From: Ginglymostoma cirratum
Taxonomy: Eukaryota
Direction: 5' to 3'
Length of the DNA stretch: 45,619 nucleotides
Assembly: GCA_024137785.1 (NCBI GenBank)
Contig: JAHRHZ010000085.1
Coordinates: 2,529,488 to 2,575,106, forward strand
Under the pieces are notes generated by a model that saw only the letters and a program-made list of their open reading frames with translations, had not been told where the DNA came from and searched no databases. The translations under genes were made by a program, and so were the position numbers. Within the stretch, counting starts at the first letter, position 1. Each line of letters opens with the position of its first letter. Positions 12,973 to 24,500 of the stretch are shown piece after piece.

Positions 12973-13668
12973 GATGTTGGCTGGGAAAACGTCAGTTTAT
13001 ATGCAGAAAATAGGGAGGTGGGTGGGGTCGGGAGTAAATGATAGGATAGAGCCCAAAGAGAGAGAAAGACAGTTGGACAGACAAAGGAGTTGCTAATGAT
13101 CAGACTGGGAGGGTGAATAGATGTTAATGAGGACAGTTAGTGACTAACAACAGGGGGTGTGTAGTGGCAGGCTATGTGGTAACAAGGCCTGGTGTGCAGG
13201 GTTGGGGGCTGGGACATGGGAGAGTTTCGGCCATAAAATTATTGAACTCAACATTGAGTCCGGAGTGCTGTGGGTTCCACAAGCGGAAAATGAGGTGTTG
13301 TTCGTCCAGCTTGCTGGGGAAGGTGCCGTGGGGCTGTGGGGAGGAGTTGGGGGTGAAAGAAGTATGGACCAGGGTTTCCTGGAGGGAAGGGTCCCTGCGG
13401 AAGGCAGACAAGTGAAGCCGGGGAGGGGGGGAGGTGTGGAATATGTGTCTGGTGGTGGCATCTTGAGGGAGGTGGCAGAAGTGGAGTCTGATGATCTTCT
13501 GGATGTGGATGCTGGTGGGATGGGAGGTGATGATAAGGGGAACCCTATCGCTATTGCGGGAGGGAAGAGGAGGGGTGAGGACAGAAGTGCAGGAGATGGG
13601 TTGGACCCGATTGAGGGCCCTGTCGACAACGGAGCTGGGGAATCCTTGGTTAAGGAAGAACGTGGACA

Positions 13669-13813
13669 TTTTGGAGGCTCCCTTGTCAAAGTTGGCCTCA
13701 TCTGAACATATGCAACGGAGTTTTCGGAGGCTCCCTTGTCAAAGTTGGCTTTATCCGAACACATGTGATGGAGTTTTCGGAGGCTCCCTTGTCGAAGTTG
13801 GCCTCATCTGAAC
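13669..13813. repeat. Three tandem ~52-53 bp units at the 5' junction of the Penelope copy
   Basis: tttt(c)ggaggctcccttgtc(a/g)aagttggc... units start at 13669, 13721 and 13774. Confidence 0.9.
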
Positions 13814-16545
13814 TTATCCAGGGGTGGGATGAGGCTAGTAGGTAGGCGATGGGGCTGGGGCTTGAGGTGGGATGAGGGGATAGGTGGAAGGAATGACAGG
13901 TCAGGGAGGCAGGGACAAGCTCGGCTGGTTTTGGGATGCGGTAGGGGGAGGGGAGATTTTGAAGCTTGTGAAGTCCACATTGATACCATTGGGCTGCAGG
14001 GTTCCCATTGAAATGTGAGGTGCTGTTCCTGCAACCTTCGTGTGACACTGCAGGAGGCCAAGGATGGACATGTTGTCTAAGGAATGGGAGGGGGAGTTGA
14101 AATGGTTCGTGACTGGGAGGTGCACTCGTTTGTTGAGAACCGAGCTTAGGAGTTGCGGGAGATATGGTCGAGGGCGTGCTTGACCACCGAGGGGGGAAGT
14201 TGAGGTCCTTGGAAAACAAGGACATCTGAGATGTTTGGGAGTGGAATGCCTCATCCTGGGAGCAGATGCGGCAGAGGCTAAGGAATTGGGAATCGGGGAT
14301 GGCATTTTTGCAGGAAGGTGGGTGGGAGGAGGTGTACTCTAGGTATCTGTGGGAGTCGGTAGGCTTAAAATGAATATCGGTTTCCAGGTGGTTGCCAGAG
14401 ATGGAAACAGAGAGGTCCAGAAAGGAACTGTTCGAGCTCCTTGCGGGAGCACGAGGCAGCGCCGATACAGTCATCGATGTAACGGAGGAAGAGGTGGAGT
14501 TTCGGGCCAGTGTAGCTATGGAAGAGGGATTGTTCCACGTAACCTACAAAGAGGCAGGAATAGCTTGGGCCCATGTGGGTACCCATGGCCACCCCCTTTG
14601 TCTGTAGTAAGTGGGAGGAATTGAAAGAGAAGTTGTTCAGGGTGAGGACAAGTTCAGCTAAGCAGATGAGGGTGTCAGTGGAGGGGGACCGGTCGGGCCT
14701 GCGGGACAGGAAGAAGCGGAGGGCCTTTAGGCAATCTGCATGGGGAATGCAGGTGTATAGGGACTGGACGTCCATGGTAGAGAAGATGTTTGGGGACCAG
14801 GGAATCAGAAGTTTTGGAGGAGGTGGAGGGTGTGGGTTGTGTCACGGGCATATGTAGGGAGTTGCCGGACCAAGGGGGAGAACATGGAGTCAAGGTAAGT
14901 AGAGAGAAGTTCGGTGGGGCAGGAGCAGGCGGAGACAATGGGTTGACCAGGGCAGTCAGGTTTGTGGATTTTGGAGAGGACATAGAAATAGGCAGTGCGG
15001 GATTGGAGAATGATGAGGTTGGAAGCTGTGGGTGGTAGGTTATCTGAGGTGACGATGTTGTGGATGGTTTGGGAGATGATGGTTTGGTGGTCCCGGGTGG
15101 GGTCATGATCAAGGGGGCGGGAGGAGGAGGTGTCAGAGAGCTGGTGTCTGGCTTCGGTGATGTAGAGGTCAGTGCGCCATACTACAACTGTGCCTCCCTT
15201 GTCTGCGGGTTTTATGGTGAGGTTGGGATTGGAGCGGAGGTCACGGAGGGCTGCACGTTCTGAGGGGGAGAGGTTGGAGTGGCTGAGAGGGGTGGAGAGG
15301 TGGAGGTGATTGATGTCACGACAGCAGTTGGAGATGAAGAGGTCAAGGGAGGGTCGGAGGCCTTGGGGTGGTGTCCAGGAGGAGGGGGTGTGTTGGAGGC
15401 GGCAGAAGGTGTCAGTAGAGGCAGGGTTAGGCTCACGGTTAAAGAAGTAAGCGTGGAGGTGGAGGCAGTGGAAAAAATGTTCAACGTTCAAGCGTGAGCG
15501 GTATTCGTTGATGTGTGGCTGGAGGGGGACAAAGGTGAGCCCTTTACTGAGGACTGATCGTTCGTCCTCAGTAAGGGGGAGTTCTGGGGGGATGGTGAAG
15601 ACTCGGCAGGGCTGGATGCTACTGTCTCCTCTGGAGCTGCTGGCTGTGGAGGCAGTGGGCGGAGTGACATCGGCAGTGGGCGGAGCGATGCTGGCAGTGG
15701 TCCGTGCGGCGTCGGCGGTGGCCATGCAGCATCGGCGGTGGGCAATGCGGGGTAGGTGGTGGGAGGAGCGGAGTCTGTCAGCAAGACCTGGATGTTGGCT
15801 GTGGCGGCAGCAGCGGTGTCAGCAGGTGTGTCTTTGATGTCTGTGGTGTTGGCCTTGGAAATGGAGGCGGCGGCGTTGATGGCGTTCGCTGTACCGGAAG
15901 TGGCGTACATGGCGGCGGCAGATGTGACGTCATCCGTGGTTGCTCTGATGGTGGGCACATGGCCAATGGCGGCGGGCACATTGTGGGTAGGTCCTGGTTA
16001 GGGTTGGGGATTTGGGGGTTGGAGGAGGCCTGTATTGGGTTGCAGGCACCAGTAAGTTTACTGTACTTACGGTTTTTAGTATCCAATAAAGCCTAGTGGA
16101 ATTGTGAGTTCAGGTTGTGGATCCTGCGAAGAATTAAAAACAGGAGAGGCCCTTTGCAGGTCTGGGAGAGGGAGGCTCTGAGCTGGGGTAGGCTTGATTG
16201 TAGTACCAGGAGATGCTGGCAAATTGCTGTGAGTGTATGTTTCCGGAGTCGCAGGGAGAAACATTTTTGAAGGATCTCAATGTCCTGAATATAGCGGTTG
16301 TCGCAGTTGGGGCCAAATTGGGAAGGCCTAAATGTGGATAGTAATCCATTGGGGATGATCCGGTTCCGTCGGCAGATACTAAGAAAGGTAATGTGGCTGG
16401 TTTGCTTCAGGACGTGGTCGAGCAGTTTCGGGGCCAAAGAGATTACGAGAGAGTTGCAGTGGGAGAGAGATCCACTGAGGTCTTTCCGGAGGGAGGAGGG
16501 TAACTTCATCAAGGTAGGCATCCTTAGAAGAGGCTTCACAGTGGG
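13814..16545 (-). mobile_element. Near full-length degenerate Penelope-like element (family 2): RT and partial GIY-YIG region
   Basis: LSKGLTFVP, IKPADKGG, KIHKPDCPGQPIVS, MDVQSLYT, QTKGVAMGTHMGPSY, RYIDDCIG, FKPTDSHRYL; frameshifts and internal deletions. Confidence 0.92.
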
Positions 16546-16655
16546 GTTACAGGGATAGGGTGAGGGGGTGATACTGGATGGGATGCTCTTCAGAGGCTTG
16601 CAGTGGACTCAATGGGCCATATGGCCTGCTCCCACACTGTCGGGATTCAATGATA
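16546..16655 (+). mobile_element. HE1-type SINE 3' fragment
   Basis: gggttacagggatagg...gggatgctcttcagagg...gggccatatggcctg...cactgtcgggattc; matches other SINE tails in the window. Confidence 0.65.
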
Positions 16656-17189
16656 CATCTATTCTATGTGAAGAGAAAACAGAATAATCCAAGCTGTTTA
16701 CATGTATCGTATTTTAAACAGTTTAGAAACACACGTTATAAATAGCATCCCATCACTTTACAATGCTGCAACACAAGAAAGAGCTTTCCTCCCTCAAACA
16801 TCTATAGTTTTGATTTAACTGTTTATTTCATTTCCTGCTCATGACAGTGTGATAACCTCTCTCTTGATTATTCACAGAAATATACTTAGGTATTCTCAGC
16901 TTCAAGTATCATGTTCAAGATTCTAACCAAAGCTTTAGGGTCTGGAATTTTGAACTTGAATCCCTTAAACTAAGGTCTGAACTAACACTTTTTTTGGAAC
17001 ATTATAATGCTACTTGTTCTTAGTCTTCATGGGCTTACATTATCCAGGGTTTTCAACTTAGTTTGCCCTTTTAGGCTCATAGCTTCATAGACACATCGAG
17101 ATGAAAAGCACAAAGACAGACCCTTCAGCCCATCACATCTGCACTGGTCAAAAACAACCACCGAACTATTCTAATAACATTTTTGTCTA

Positions 17190-17810
17190 TTCACTCATGG
17201 GATGTGGGCATCGCTGGCTGGCCAGCATTTATTGCTCTTCCATCATTGCCCTCAATATTGAGTTGGTGAGCTGCCTTCTTAAGCCACTGCAGTCCCTGCT
17301 GGAGGTTGCCCACAATGCCCTCAATGAGGGAAATCAAGGATTTTGATCCAATGACAGTGAAGGAATGGTGATATGTTTCCCAGTCAGGATGGTGAGTGGC
17401 TTGGAGGGGAACTTGCAGGTGGTGGTGTCCCCATACATCTGCTGCCATTGTCCTTCAAGCTGGAAGTGGTCTTGGGTTTGGGAGGTACTGTCTCAGGATA
17501 TTTTATGAATTTCTGCATTGCGTCTTGTCAATAGTACATACTGCTGCGACTGAGTGCCTGTGATAGAGAGAATGAATGCTTGTGGATGTGGCACCAATCA
17601 AGTGGACTGCTTTGTCTTGGATGGTTTAAAGTTTCTTGGGTGTTTCTGGAGCTACACCTTTCCATACAACTGGAGAGATTTCCATCAAACTCCTGACTTG
17701 TGCCTTGTACATGGTGGACAGACTTGGTGTCAAGTGCTGTCACTCTCATTTCACTTCTGAGATGCAGCTTTCCCGCCCATGTTTGAACCAAGGCTATAAT
17801 CATTTTCTAG
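17190..17810 (-). mobile_element. CR1/L2-clade LINE 3' fragments
   Basis: Reverse-complement similarity to 11950-12800 (VRVTALD..., aagatgcagaaattc) and the shared ataaatgctggccagccagc tail. Confidence 0.65.
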
Positions 17811-18074
17811 CATGTGATCCATTTTTGATTGGTTGTACCCATTACGTGGTCTTCTCTTCACAGACATCGTGTTATTGCATCTTCGCTAACAAAGATATAT
17901 CCTACATTAGACAGTGAAATCAAAACCACGTACAGTTTTGCAATTGAGATCTCATCAAAACCACCTTTAATAAAGGGTACAATACTGCCTTTCTATTTAT
18001 ACATTCACGTCCAGAAACTGTGTAACTGTGTTAAAAAATATGATTTTTCAAATGTCCTATTTCACATCCCTGCA

Positions 18075-18305
18075 ATGAGGAGAAATTTCTTCACACAGGA
18101 AGTTGTGAGCTTGTGGAATTCTCTGCCACAGAAAGTGGTTGAGGCTAAAGCATTTAATGTTTTCATGAAGGAGTCAGATTTAGCTCTTTGTGCTAAAGGA
18201 GCCAAAGGGTACCAGGAGAAAGCGGGAACAGGGCACCAGCTTGGATGGTCTTAGTGAATGATGGAGCAGCCTCGAAAGGCTGAATGGCTTACTCGTGTTC
18301 CTATG
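18075..18305 (+). mobile_element. CR1 LINE 3' end
   Basis: MRRNFFTQEVVSLWNSLPQKVVEA, the CR1 ORF2 C-terminus, followed by its 3' UTR. Confidence 0.8.
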
Positions 18306-20367
18306 TTCACTTACATATCAATATTACAGCTGATTGTCTGTATCCATTTGAGCATACCTGTTCTGAGATCATAACATGTATTTATTTATAAGTGAAATAC
18401 CTCTCAAGAAAATAATGATAGATTGGATTGGTGCAATATGCTTTGTAATATGGTCCAGAATAAAAAATGTTTCACGAAATTCTGGCTGAAATGTTACCCA
18501 GAAAGTAGCACTTCATGGGGAAGCTACATTAATCATACCATCACTTTTGAAAAGAATTATCTTATGTTTTAAGACTTATTTAAACATATACTTAAATGGG
18601 TGCTTCTAAAGTAAATCCACTCGTTTCTCTCATTTCACTTCTATCATTACTGCATTATATTTTTCTTATACAGAGACATCAAGAGTTTTTTTTTAAAGTA
18701 AAAACAACAGATTCCTTGGGCCTATACATCTTAACACGGAACACAGGTAAAACAATTCTGACGTTTGAAAAGTAAAACAATGGATTATCAGAAATTGAAT
18801 TGGTAAAATTATATCTGCAAAGATAAATAACAAAATAGTCAGGAAAGTTCTACGAGTTAGTTAAGAGTACAGAGTCCACTATACTGAAGTACTTGATATT
18901 ATTGAGATTGGAAGCAGATATGACAATGGACACCTTATCAATACTAAATTGTGAGATGTGATAACTGGTGCAAATTAAGGGTGCACGAGATTAGCAAGTT
19001 GCTACAGCAGTTGTGATGATCCCAGCTGATGTTGTTTTATAACCAGATAAATCAGAAACCAGTTAGGAGTCTGGTTGATAGATCATAGTTTTATTTGTTT
19101 GGTTTAAACAGTGTTATCTTATGAAAACAAAAGCACACTGTCCTGCAGGTTTTGCTTTATCAACAAAGCAAATGCATTACAAAAGAGCAAAGATATAATA
19201 GAATAAACAAAACTATAAACTTCCATACAAATTCAAAGACTATAAGCGCACAGTAAAATGTATTATCCATTAATCACAAAACACACCTCTATAAATTGAT
19301 AACAACAAAATTAGCTTTTAAGTAGTATCCAAAACATAATGCCAGTGAAGCTCTCAACACATCTTTCAAATAATATTATGATGATAGGTTTAAGCTAATT
19401 GACACAACAAATTTTCGACTGGAACAATGATTGCTTCTTCCTGGCCTGTAAACAAACCTGAGCTTCTCTGAACCACTGCAAGTCGGATTTTTTGGTTGTC
19501 CCAACAGTTCTGTTTCTGGACTAACAAGAACTCTACACTTCAAGGTAATCTCATTCACTTCATCTATCAGTCCCTGCTTCTGAACATTTCACAATACATC
19601 TATCCTTTTCCAAGAACTTCACAGGACTTCACTACTCAAGGCTCTCTCTCAGTAATGTTACATTTCCCTGAGTGTTAAGCAAACCAACTTCCACTACTCT
19701 CTAACAAACATTTGATACTCCATTATTAACCTTCCTATCTTGCAAGAAATCTATGACTAGCAAAAGTCCACAAGTCACAGAATTGAAACCCCTCAGAGCC
19801 GTGCTTTGTAAATTGTTTTAGAAAAGCAATTGCCTGGTAACAAAATAATTACAAGTTAATTATTAACATCAGATACAGCGGTTGTAGGGTAGGTGGTGGG
19901 AAGCTAGTTCGTAACACAAAACCAGTAACTCAAGCTCACACTAAATATTATACATGTAAATCCAACAGGAAAAGCGTAGCACTGAATAAAGAATAACTTG
20001 AGTGGAAACAAATACCAGATCAATTTATCCAAATAACACAAAGCATGACATTAGCTTTGTTTGCAATGAAACTATCAACAGATCATCTTCAAATTATGTC
20101 TGATGAGAGCATGAAACCGGAGTAACTGCTGGACTCCAGAAATACAAAATGAAAATGAAGATTATAAACATTAAATGTTCTTGACTTGTCAAGGTGCATA
20201 TTTCTGAGATGCTGCAAGAGGTTTTGCAGGAATGTACTTTGTTGAAAAGGTGGGTTCTCAAGATTGAAACATTGGTAGAAACATTGGATGGATAGGGCAC
20301 ATCTATTTGCTACCTGCACTTTAAGAGTCATGTTTGAGCAGAAAATATTGCCAATTAATGAAATCAA

Positions 20368-20755
20368 GGAAGCTTTAGCATAGTGGTCATGTCAATGAAG
20401 TGGAAATTCAGTGACCCAGACCAATTTTCTGAGAACATGGGTTAGAATTCCTCCATTGCAGAAGGGAAAACCTGATTGCAATTTGAGAATTTGGAATTGA
20501 AAGTTAGTCTCATAGTGACCAAGTATCACTCATGACTTTTGTGAAAAAAAAGGGATTATTAACGCCCATGACAAAAGAAAATGTGCTATCCTCACCAGCT
20601 CTGACCTGAATGTGATTCAAGACCCAAAGTCATGTGGTTGACTCTAAACGGCTCTCTGAACTGTCCTCGTAAACCACTCAGTTAAAGTGCAATTAGGAAC
20701 GGACAATTAATGCTGGCCCAGCCAATGACACCAGCATCCAATGAACAAATTAAAA
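20368..20755 (+). mobile_element. Old tRNA-derived SINE
   Basis: Head similar to 9745-9870 and to the reverse complement of 11085-11435; ends with the atgctggcccagccaatgacaccagcatcc tail. Confidence 0.6.
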
Positions 20756-21376
20756 CAAAGTATTATAGCCAATTATCAATTGGGCCTATTTAGCTTCACA
20801 GAAGAGAAACAAATGACAAATACTTTTACAGAACGTGGTTAAAGTGGAATGACACAGAACTAATAAAATCAGAGCTATTGCTTGAATTATCGTGGATTGA
20901 ACCAATTTAAATCAAAAAAATGCAATGAAACATGAACAAACTAAAAAGAATAAAACAATGAAAAACTGATATATATTTGGCACAGTTAGAACTATCCTAC
21001 ACTGAAAAAAATAAATAGAAATCAAAATATCAGTATTTTCACAATGTCACTAACAGTGAAATGGTGAAAAAAAAGGTGGTATAAGAGTTTTCAGAAAGCT
21101 ATTAGAAAACAACGATACTTATTACGCATAACATAGTGGTGAGTTCAAGAGAATGAAGAGTTTAACAGTTAGAATGAAGCCAGTTGCTATCTTAAATGGT
21201 ACAGCAAGTTTGTAGGCAAAACAGAGTTGATTCTTGAAATATTAAAGGAAGAAAAACCTCAACAACTATTTTTTGAAACCAATTAAAGACCACGAAAAGC
21301 ACTGCACCAGACAGAAAAGGATTGAAAACACCCATGATACCAATATCACTTGACTTTTGTCTGAGTATCATTATAT

Positions 21377-21505
21377 TTAGCTGCTGGCTTTCACTGCTGC
21401 ATACAATGGAGTTGCAGCTGTGTGTTCTGGCTTCATTGTTAACCTGGGACCATTCAAATTCAGAGCAGCATAAGTCAGCTGGCATTTGTTCGTGCTCTGT
21501 TTGGT
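21377..21505 (-). CDS. Gene B exon 7: terminal cytoplasmic exon
   Basis: ttttacag|; TKQSTNKCQLTYAALNLNGPRLTMKPEHTAATPLYAAVKASS*. Confidence 0.88.
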   Translation of the reverse strand, partial: TKQSTNKCQLTYAALNLNGPRLTMKPEHTAATPLYAAVKASS

Positions 21506-24500
21506 CTGTAAAACAACAGTGAAAGTAGTTCATTATTGTTTCAAATTTCACTAAAAGTTAAGAATTCTTCAATGTTAGCTCAAAACCAACTGATTGTAAT
21601 TAAGAAAATGGTTACTTTATTCATACATATGAACAGAGAGATACCTCTGCATATACTGTTCTTTCATCCTGTGGCTGAGGATTTCTAGCATCCTTTGAAT
21701 GGACCAGTTCAAGATCAGCATACGTTAATCTGTCTTCAGTGCTTTCTTGTTTTCTCTGGAAAATTGAGGTTTAACATTCATTAATTTCTATTTTCTGGAG
21801 CCAAGAATCAGTTTTCCATAGTCATCAATGGCAATTACTCTGTCTCTGTGAGTTTGCTATCTCTTTGTTACATTCTTAATAGTTTAAAGCTTCTCTATTC
21901 AATTCCTTTCTCTCCACTCGACATAAATGAAAGCTTCCTCTTTTGCTCATATGACCCTGCTTGCAAACAATGAAACTTCATGTTTGAGTGTGTTAAAACT
22001 TAGAAGAGGAACTCTGCTAAATTCAGTTTCCTGAGCAAAAAATTCAATTGGATTAATTCAATACGATCAATTTCAACATTCATATGGAATCCATTCAACA
22101 TTACATCCTGTAACAAGTTGAAGATGTGTACTTTCTAAATGGAATTGGTCTGAATTTCCTTTACAAAGATAAACAAACTTACTTAAATGCGTGTTTCTTC
22201 ATTTGGAAATAAAAGTACAAATTCAAACTGTGTGTAATAATTAAACTTTTGATTGGTGCATTAGTTCGTTTAAAACTGGCATTCCCTCATATTTTTTGCT
22301 TAATGCTTAAACTAATGAGTTAATTATACTCATACAAGCAATCGTTTATTGGTGAGTTGAATAGTGATGAAACAATGAGATCTCTATCGTTATTTCAATA
22401 GCACCATTTGAAGAATGACAAATGGGACAGTGAAGGTTTATTTCAGTGAAGACGATCTTGCAATCCAATTGCACAGAATCTTTTAGGTACTTAAGATGCC
22501 ATACATTTTACAGCAAATTGTTAATTTCTATCTGAAAATTTTTGTTCAGATAGAAACATGAGGCAACAGATTAATGGAGCGTGTGGTCATACAGAGAGCA
22601 ATGAAACAATTTAACGGATAAACAATGGTGTTCCTTTCAATCAAAGAACAAAATAAAAGAAGTCAATTTTGATTTACATATATGATCTCAGACTTTTTAT
22701 GCAATGGGCTTTATCATTGGGAATGTTTCATTCTTTTCTGATCTGCACCTCTGCACCTGAGTCAGTGAAACACAGGATTTCATAACCTGACAAGACCAGG
22801 GGAAATGAAGGTAAGCATTAGCAAAGCTTAGAATCATGTTGACGATGACAAATTCAAGGGCAGTCCATTCAATGCATGTATTACTTGCAACAAGTAAATG
22901 ATTAAAAAGAAATAAATAGAGATGAATGGCTGTGGTGTAATTGACATTACAAACACATCACTGCAGGATAATCGGGAGAAGTGATTTTTCAATAATGTTC
23001 AATGACATTTAGGATGGAAAAAGGAAAAGAAGATCTGTTAGTATCATGCGAGTAGTAATGGGTGGGATCAGTGAATAAGGATCTCAGATTGGAATAACAA
23101 AATGAGGAATCTTCTGTGGTGGAGCTAAGGAACAGCAAGCGGCAGGAAACATTGGCAGTTGTTTACAAGCCACAAACAGTTGTAGTAATGTGAAACATAG
23201 ATAAATAAAACGATTTGTGATGTGTGGTACATAGCTTTTGCAACAATCATGACTGGATTCGATCTCGATAAAGGCTCAACAAACTAATGAGCACAAAAGC
23301 TGTGAAGGATGAGTTTTTGAGTGTGTTAGGGATAGTTTTCTGGAGCAGTATGTTGAGGAACAGATTAGAGAAATGTGTCCATCTCATAACGTCACGAAAA
23401 GTAGTTATTTAACAATATTGTTGTAAGAGAATCTTGAAACATGAGTGACTGTACAGTGATGGAATTATTCATGAAAAGTATCACAGTTGCATTTGTAATA
23501 CATTAAATCATGTCTTTTGACATGTTCTTTTTATATTACTGGCTCAGTTGTACTTTTGTCAAGGAAGAAAAACAGAAGGCTGGATGAACACAGCAAGCCA
23601 GGCAGCATCTGGAGGAAAGGAGAAGTCAACGCTTCGGGTATTACCCTTCTGCAGGACTGATGTGGTGGTAGGGGGAGCTACAGAAAAAATGGAGGGGGGA
23701 TGGGAGGGAAGCAGAATGGTGGTGATAGATGGATTTTGGTAGGAAGGGTGACTTGATTGTTCGATGGGAGAGATGAATCTGCTTGGTGGCTGGAAGGGAG
23801 GGTCAGAAGGTGGAATGAAACAGAGGAGATGGGGCTGGAAGGGAAGGTGGCAAATGGGTGGGAAGGTTATTTGAAATTGGAGAACTCAATGTTGAGTCCT
23901 CCAGGCTGTAGGGTGCCCAGGCGGAAGATAAGGTGTTGTTGTTCTGAGTTGCTGTGACACTGGAGGAGGCCGAGAACGGACATGTCTGAGGGGGTTGGGG
24001 GGGTGGTGAGTAGAAATGTACAGCGACCAGGAGACTAGGCTCGCCATTACAGGCCAGGCGAAGATGTTTGGCGAAACGATCACCTGGTCTATGTTTAGTC
24101 ACACCGATGTATAGAAGACCACATCAGGTGCACCAGATGCAATAGACCAGGTTGGAGGAGATGCAGGTAAATCTCTGTCTCACCTGGAAGGACTGTTTAC
24201 AGCCCTGGATAGAGGTGAGGGAGGTGGTGTGTGGGCTTTGTGTCTTTTATGGTTACAGGGCAAGGTAATGGACAGGTTGGACTGGTTGGTTGGGAGTGTG
24301 GCACGAACTAAGGAGTTGCAAAGGGAATGGTCCTTGTGGAAGGCAGAGAGAGGTGGGGAGTGGAAGATGTTCTGGGTGGTGGGGGCTATTTGCAGTTGGT
24401 GGAAGTGTTTGAGGATGATACATTGGATGCGGAGGCTGGTGGGGTGCAAAGTGAGGACAAGGGGGACCCTCTCTTTATTATGTTTGGGGAGGGGCAGTGC

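Larger units (their letters stand above)
12835..13813 (-). mobile_element. 5'-truncated Penelope-like element (family 1) with hammerhead-bearing tail
   Basis: Very similar in reverse complement to 28899-29964; protein FFLNQGFPSSVVDRAL...EQHLIFRL; an internal deletion removes the GIY-YIG core. Confidence 0.88.

Noticed and set aside
13669-13813. CRISPR-like repeat array
   Set aside because: Units are contiguous duplicates of Penelope coding sequence with no unique spacers, and the context is eukaryotic.
13140-16558. Many overlapping plus-strand ORFs
   Set aside because: Antisense frames of GC-rich Penelope sequence.
18872-18955. ITIM-like VHYTEV in a short plus-strand frame
   Set aside because: No homology to the cytoplasmic exons of genes A and B, poor acceptor and incompatible phase; likely chance.
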